Shown here piece after piece: positions 23,437 through 25,918 of a stretch of DNA of 25,918 bases (position 1 is the stretch's first letter; each line of letters opens with the position of its first letter). The stretch comes from a virus. Lineage: Duplodnaviria; Caudoviricetes. Both the position numbers and the translations under genes were made by a program. The stretch covers positions 1 through 25,918 of the IMG/VR virus record IMGVR_UViG_3300032076_000040. One strand, given 5' to 3'. Below the pieces are notes generated by a model that saw nothing but the letters and a program-made list of their open reading frames with translations, was not told the origin of the DNA and did no database searches.

Positions 23437-24138
23437 ATGGGAATACAACTTTTACCTGACCAACTCATTGCTTCAACTGGAACTTATACTGAAGTTACGC
23501 TTGCGACCCTAGCTAAAAATGCTATTTTAGGGTCAATGCCTTTTGGGGCATTTCAAAAGGGCATTAGTATTCTAATAGGTCCGGCGGTATCACTGGATCT
23601 AATTTACATCCAATCTCCCATTAGATTCACAGCGGGTTCGTCTACTTATGTCGAATGGACTATTCGATCAATTAGTCTAGATATAGCAACATCTGGGTAT
23701 AGTGAAGTTACTCTTACAGGTTTAAGTAAAAATGCAGTTTTGAATTCCTGGGGCGCATTATATCCTTTAAATCAGAATATTCTAGTTGATCAAATTGCAC
23801 TTGGCCATTACCGCCCCATCATTACTGCAAGACTGGCTAATCTTCCCTTTACATATTTTGTTATTTTTACAGCTGAATCTAATGAAGTTATTACTGCTAT
23901 TACCACGCCATCATTTGCATTTACGGCAACTGCCGAACCAAATTTTATAGTTATAACAGGAATTAATTTCATTGGAAGTGCAGACCCGAGGCTTTCAATT
24001 ATTGCAGTTGTACCCCCAAGTTTTACTGCAACTGCTTCGCCGCAAATGAAAGCCTTCCCTAGCAATTATCAACAACAGGGCGGTGTGGTTTCCGGTCCAC
24101 TTACACGCACAATTAAGTTAGTGAATTACGTTTATTGA
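23437..24138 (+). CDS. Hydrophobic repeat-containing structural protein
   Basis: Abuts the upstream stop. Duplicated YTEVTLATLAKNAIL / YSEVTLTGLSKNAVL and F-T-A-T-A-x-P repeats. Confidence 0.6.
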   Translation: MGIQLLPDQLIASTGTYTEVTLATLAKNAILGSMPFGAFQKGISILIGPAVSLDLIYIQSPIRFTAGSSTYVEWTIRSISLDIATSGYSEVTLTGLSKNAVLNSWGALYPLNQNILVDQIALGHYRPIITARLANLPFTYFVIFTAESNEVITAITTPSFAFTATAEPNFIVITGINFIGSADPRLSIIAVVPPSFTATASPQMKAFPSNYQQQGGVVSGPLTRTIKLVNYVY

Positions 24139-24148
24139 GGAGATCCAA

Positions 24149-24835
24149 ATGGCTAGTTTTGTACTTCCCATACTTTCGGGACTTGCTGGGTTGTTCGGCG
24201 GTGGGCAACAAAAGCAAACACAACAGACTCAGAACACAACTCAATCGGGAACTCAATCCCAAACGGGGCAGTCTACGGCTACGACTACTCCAAATTTGTC
24301 TCCTCTTCAGCAAGCATTGATTGGAATGTTTACTGGTGGGGCGGCGGACCTTTACCAACAAAGCCAGAATCTATCACCTTATACCCAGCAGGGTTTACAG
24401 ACAATTGGCTCACAAGGGAATGCAAATCGTCAAACAATTAGTAATATTTTAGCATCCCGTGGGTTGTCTTATTCTCCGGCCGCCGCCACGCCTTTAACAA
24501 TGAATGCATATAATACTGGAAACCAGCAGTCTCAGTTTCTGGCTGGAATCCCCCTGTTGCAGCGCCAGTTACAACAGCAATCTCTTGACGAATTGATGAA
24601 ATCCTTTGGTGTTATCCCAACTGGACAAACAAATACTGGATCGACTTCCGGTACGACCACTTCCAATATGACCAGCAATATGACTGGAACTGGAACTCAA
24701 AGTGGAAATCCAATGGCCGGTTTGTTCGGCGGTATCGGCGCCGCTTTACCGCTTGCATTTCCCGGAATTTTCGGCGGCGGGCTGAGGAATCAATTACCCA
24801 ATCAGCAATCATATAATATGCAACCCGCCCCGTAA
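24149..24835 (+). CDS. Probable DNA ejection (pilot) protein
   Basis: SD GAGGAG. N-terminal ILSGLAGLFGG, Q/T/S/G-rich body and a second GLFGGIGAAL segment, typical of podovirus internal ejection proteins; expected position. Confidence 0.65.
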   Translation: MASFVLPILSGLAGLFGGGQQKQTQQTQNTTQSGTQSQTGQSTATTTPNLSPLQQALIGMFTGGAADLYQQSQNLSPYTQQGLQTIGSQGNANRQTISNILASRGLSYSPAAATPLTMNAYNTGNQQSQFLAGIPLLQRQLQQQSLDELMKSFGVIPTGQTNTGSTSGTTTSNMTSNMTGTGTQSGNPMAGLFGGIGAALPLAFPGIFGGGLRNQLPNQQSYNMQPAP

Positions 24836-24846
24836 GGAGAACTCAA

Positions 24847-25918
24847 ATGGCTGACGAACAACAATATTACAATCCGATTATTCAGTCAATGATTGCCGCC
24901 CAGCAAGGGAATATGCAGCGGGCGAAGTTGCAACAGGAAGCTGAACAATTTAAAGCTGATAAATTAATTCGAGAGCATCAGCTTGGAATCGAAGAAACTC
25001 GCGCCAAAAATGAGCATGAACACCAGACTGGAATGCTTGATGTTCAAAAAGCTTTGGCAGAAGCCCAAGTTGAAGCTAATCGTCTTAATAGGATTAAAAC
25101 TGCTCGTGAATTAGCTTTGGGCGGTGTAGATATAAACCAAGCCCTTCCATCTATGGGTGGACAACAAATACAAGGAATTCCATCTACCCAGGATTTACAG
25201 GCGCAGGAAATACAGCGTATCCAGCGGGAAGCAGGCGCCCAAGCAACCGGGCAAATGGCTGCCGCTGAACCTTTTCAGATCCGATCTGAAGAAAGAGCGC
25301 TTGCTACAAAACAATCTTTAATGGATGCTGAGAATGCATTCAAGGAAAGGCTTGCAGATAAAGAAATTGGGTCTAAAGAGGCGCTGGCTAAACTTGAAAG
25401 GGGAACTCAATTAGCAATAGCCAATGCTACAAATGCAACCCATTTAAAAGTTGCGGGAATGCAATACACTCCAACTCCTGAAGCACTTAGGGGAATGCTA
25501 ATTGCAGGAGCAACAGGAGCAACAAAATTAAATTATGCCAATCCACAGGAGCGAGCTGCTTTGGGAACTCTCCAAGAAATGGGTGGCCGTGAAATCGATC
25601 CAAAAGAAGCTCAAGCTTTGCGGGAAGGCCAGCAATTAATCCCGCTTTTCGATAAGCTCAAAACTTTTGCAGATAAACTTCCTACAACTAAAGCGGGGGC
25701 TTTCGTTCAAGGTCATGCACTTGGAGCTGCAAATGCTGTCGGATGGTCTACAGATACTCAGAATGAGCTAAACAAGCTTACTTCTCAGGCTTTAGTAGTT
25801 GGACGCGCTGTTGAGGGTTTGACGGGCGGGCGAGTTCTCTCTAAACAATTGGAATTAGATTTGAATTCTCTTGCATCTGGTGCAATCACAAAAGATCAAG
25901 CTTATGAACGGCTGAATA
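24847..25918 (+). CDS. Probable internal virion/ejection protein, 3'-truncated
   Basis: SD AAGGAG, ATG 24847. Frame open to the window end (MADEQQYYNPIIQSMIAAQQGNMQRAKLQQEAEQF...), Ala/Gln-rich and helical. Not in the ORF track. Confidence 0.75.
   Translation, partial: MADEQQYYNPIIQSMIAAQQGNMQRAKLQQEAEQFKADKLIREHQLGIEETRAKNEHEHQTGMLDVQKALAEAQVEANRLNRIKTARELALGGVDINQALPSMGGQQIQGIPSTQDLQAQEIQRIQREAGAQATGQMAAAEPFQIRSEERALATKQSLMDAENAFKERLADKEIGSKEALAKLERGTQLAIANATNATHLKVAGMQYTPTPEALRGMLIAGATGATKLNYANPQERAALGTLQEMGGREIDPKEAQALREGQQLIPLFDKLKTFADKLPTTKAGAFVQGHALGAANAVGWSTDTQNELNKLTSQALVVGRAVEGLTGGRVLSKQLELDLNSLASGAITKDQAYERLN

Noticed and set aside
1-25918. Stop-codon recoding, tRNA genes, integrase/att sites, tape measure or sheath genes
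   Set aside because: Genes tile intact in the standard code with TAA, TAG and TGA all used as stops. None of the other elements was recognised, so lifestyle and host cannot be determined from this window.

Overview
The window is a 26-kb piece of an uncharacterised dsDNA tailed phage (or prophage) with podovirus-like (P22/T7-type, short-tailed) architecture. Every credible gene is on the + strand. Bases 1-830 are the end of a block of small genes closed by two intrinsic terminators. A non-coding control region (about 830-1200) carries four helically phased DnaA-box-like repeats, a 20-bp palindrome and a long hairpin. A LuxR-type HTH gene and a near-consensus sigma70 promoter follow. The promoter heads a long, tightly packed morphogenesis operon: probable small terminase, small basic or hydrophobic proteins (one DUF3008-like), large terminase, portal, KTSC protein, scaffold, major capsid, decoration-like protein, two adaptor-like paralogs, a 1249-aa tail hub/nozzle-like protein, several Ser/Thr/Gly-rich fibre or appendage proteins (three paralogous) and ejection-type proteins. 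The main candidate system is two GT-A fold glycosyltransferases inside the structural operon, one fused to a methyltransferase-like domain, which suggests phage-encoded virion glycosylation. The second is the DnaA-box array, which could be a host-DnaA-dependent origin or a DnaA decoy. All calls come from motif recognition and synteny by eye; no database searches were run.
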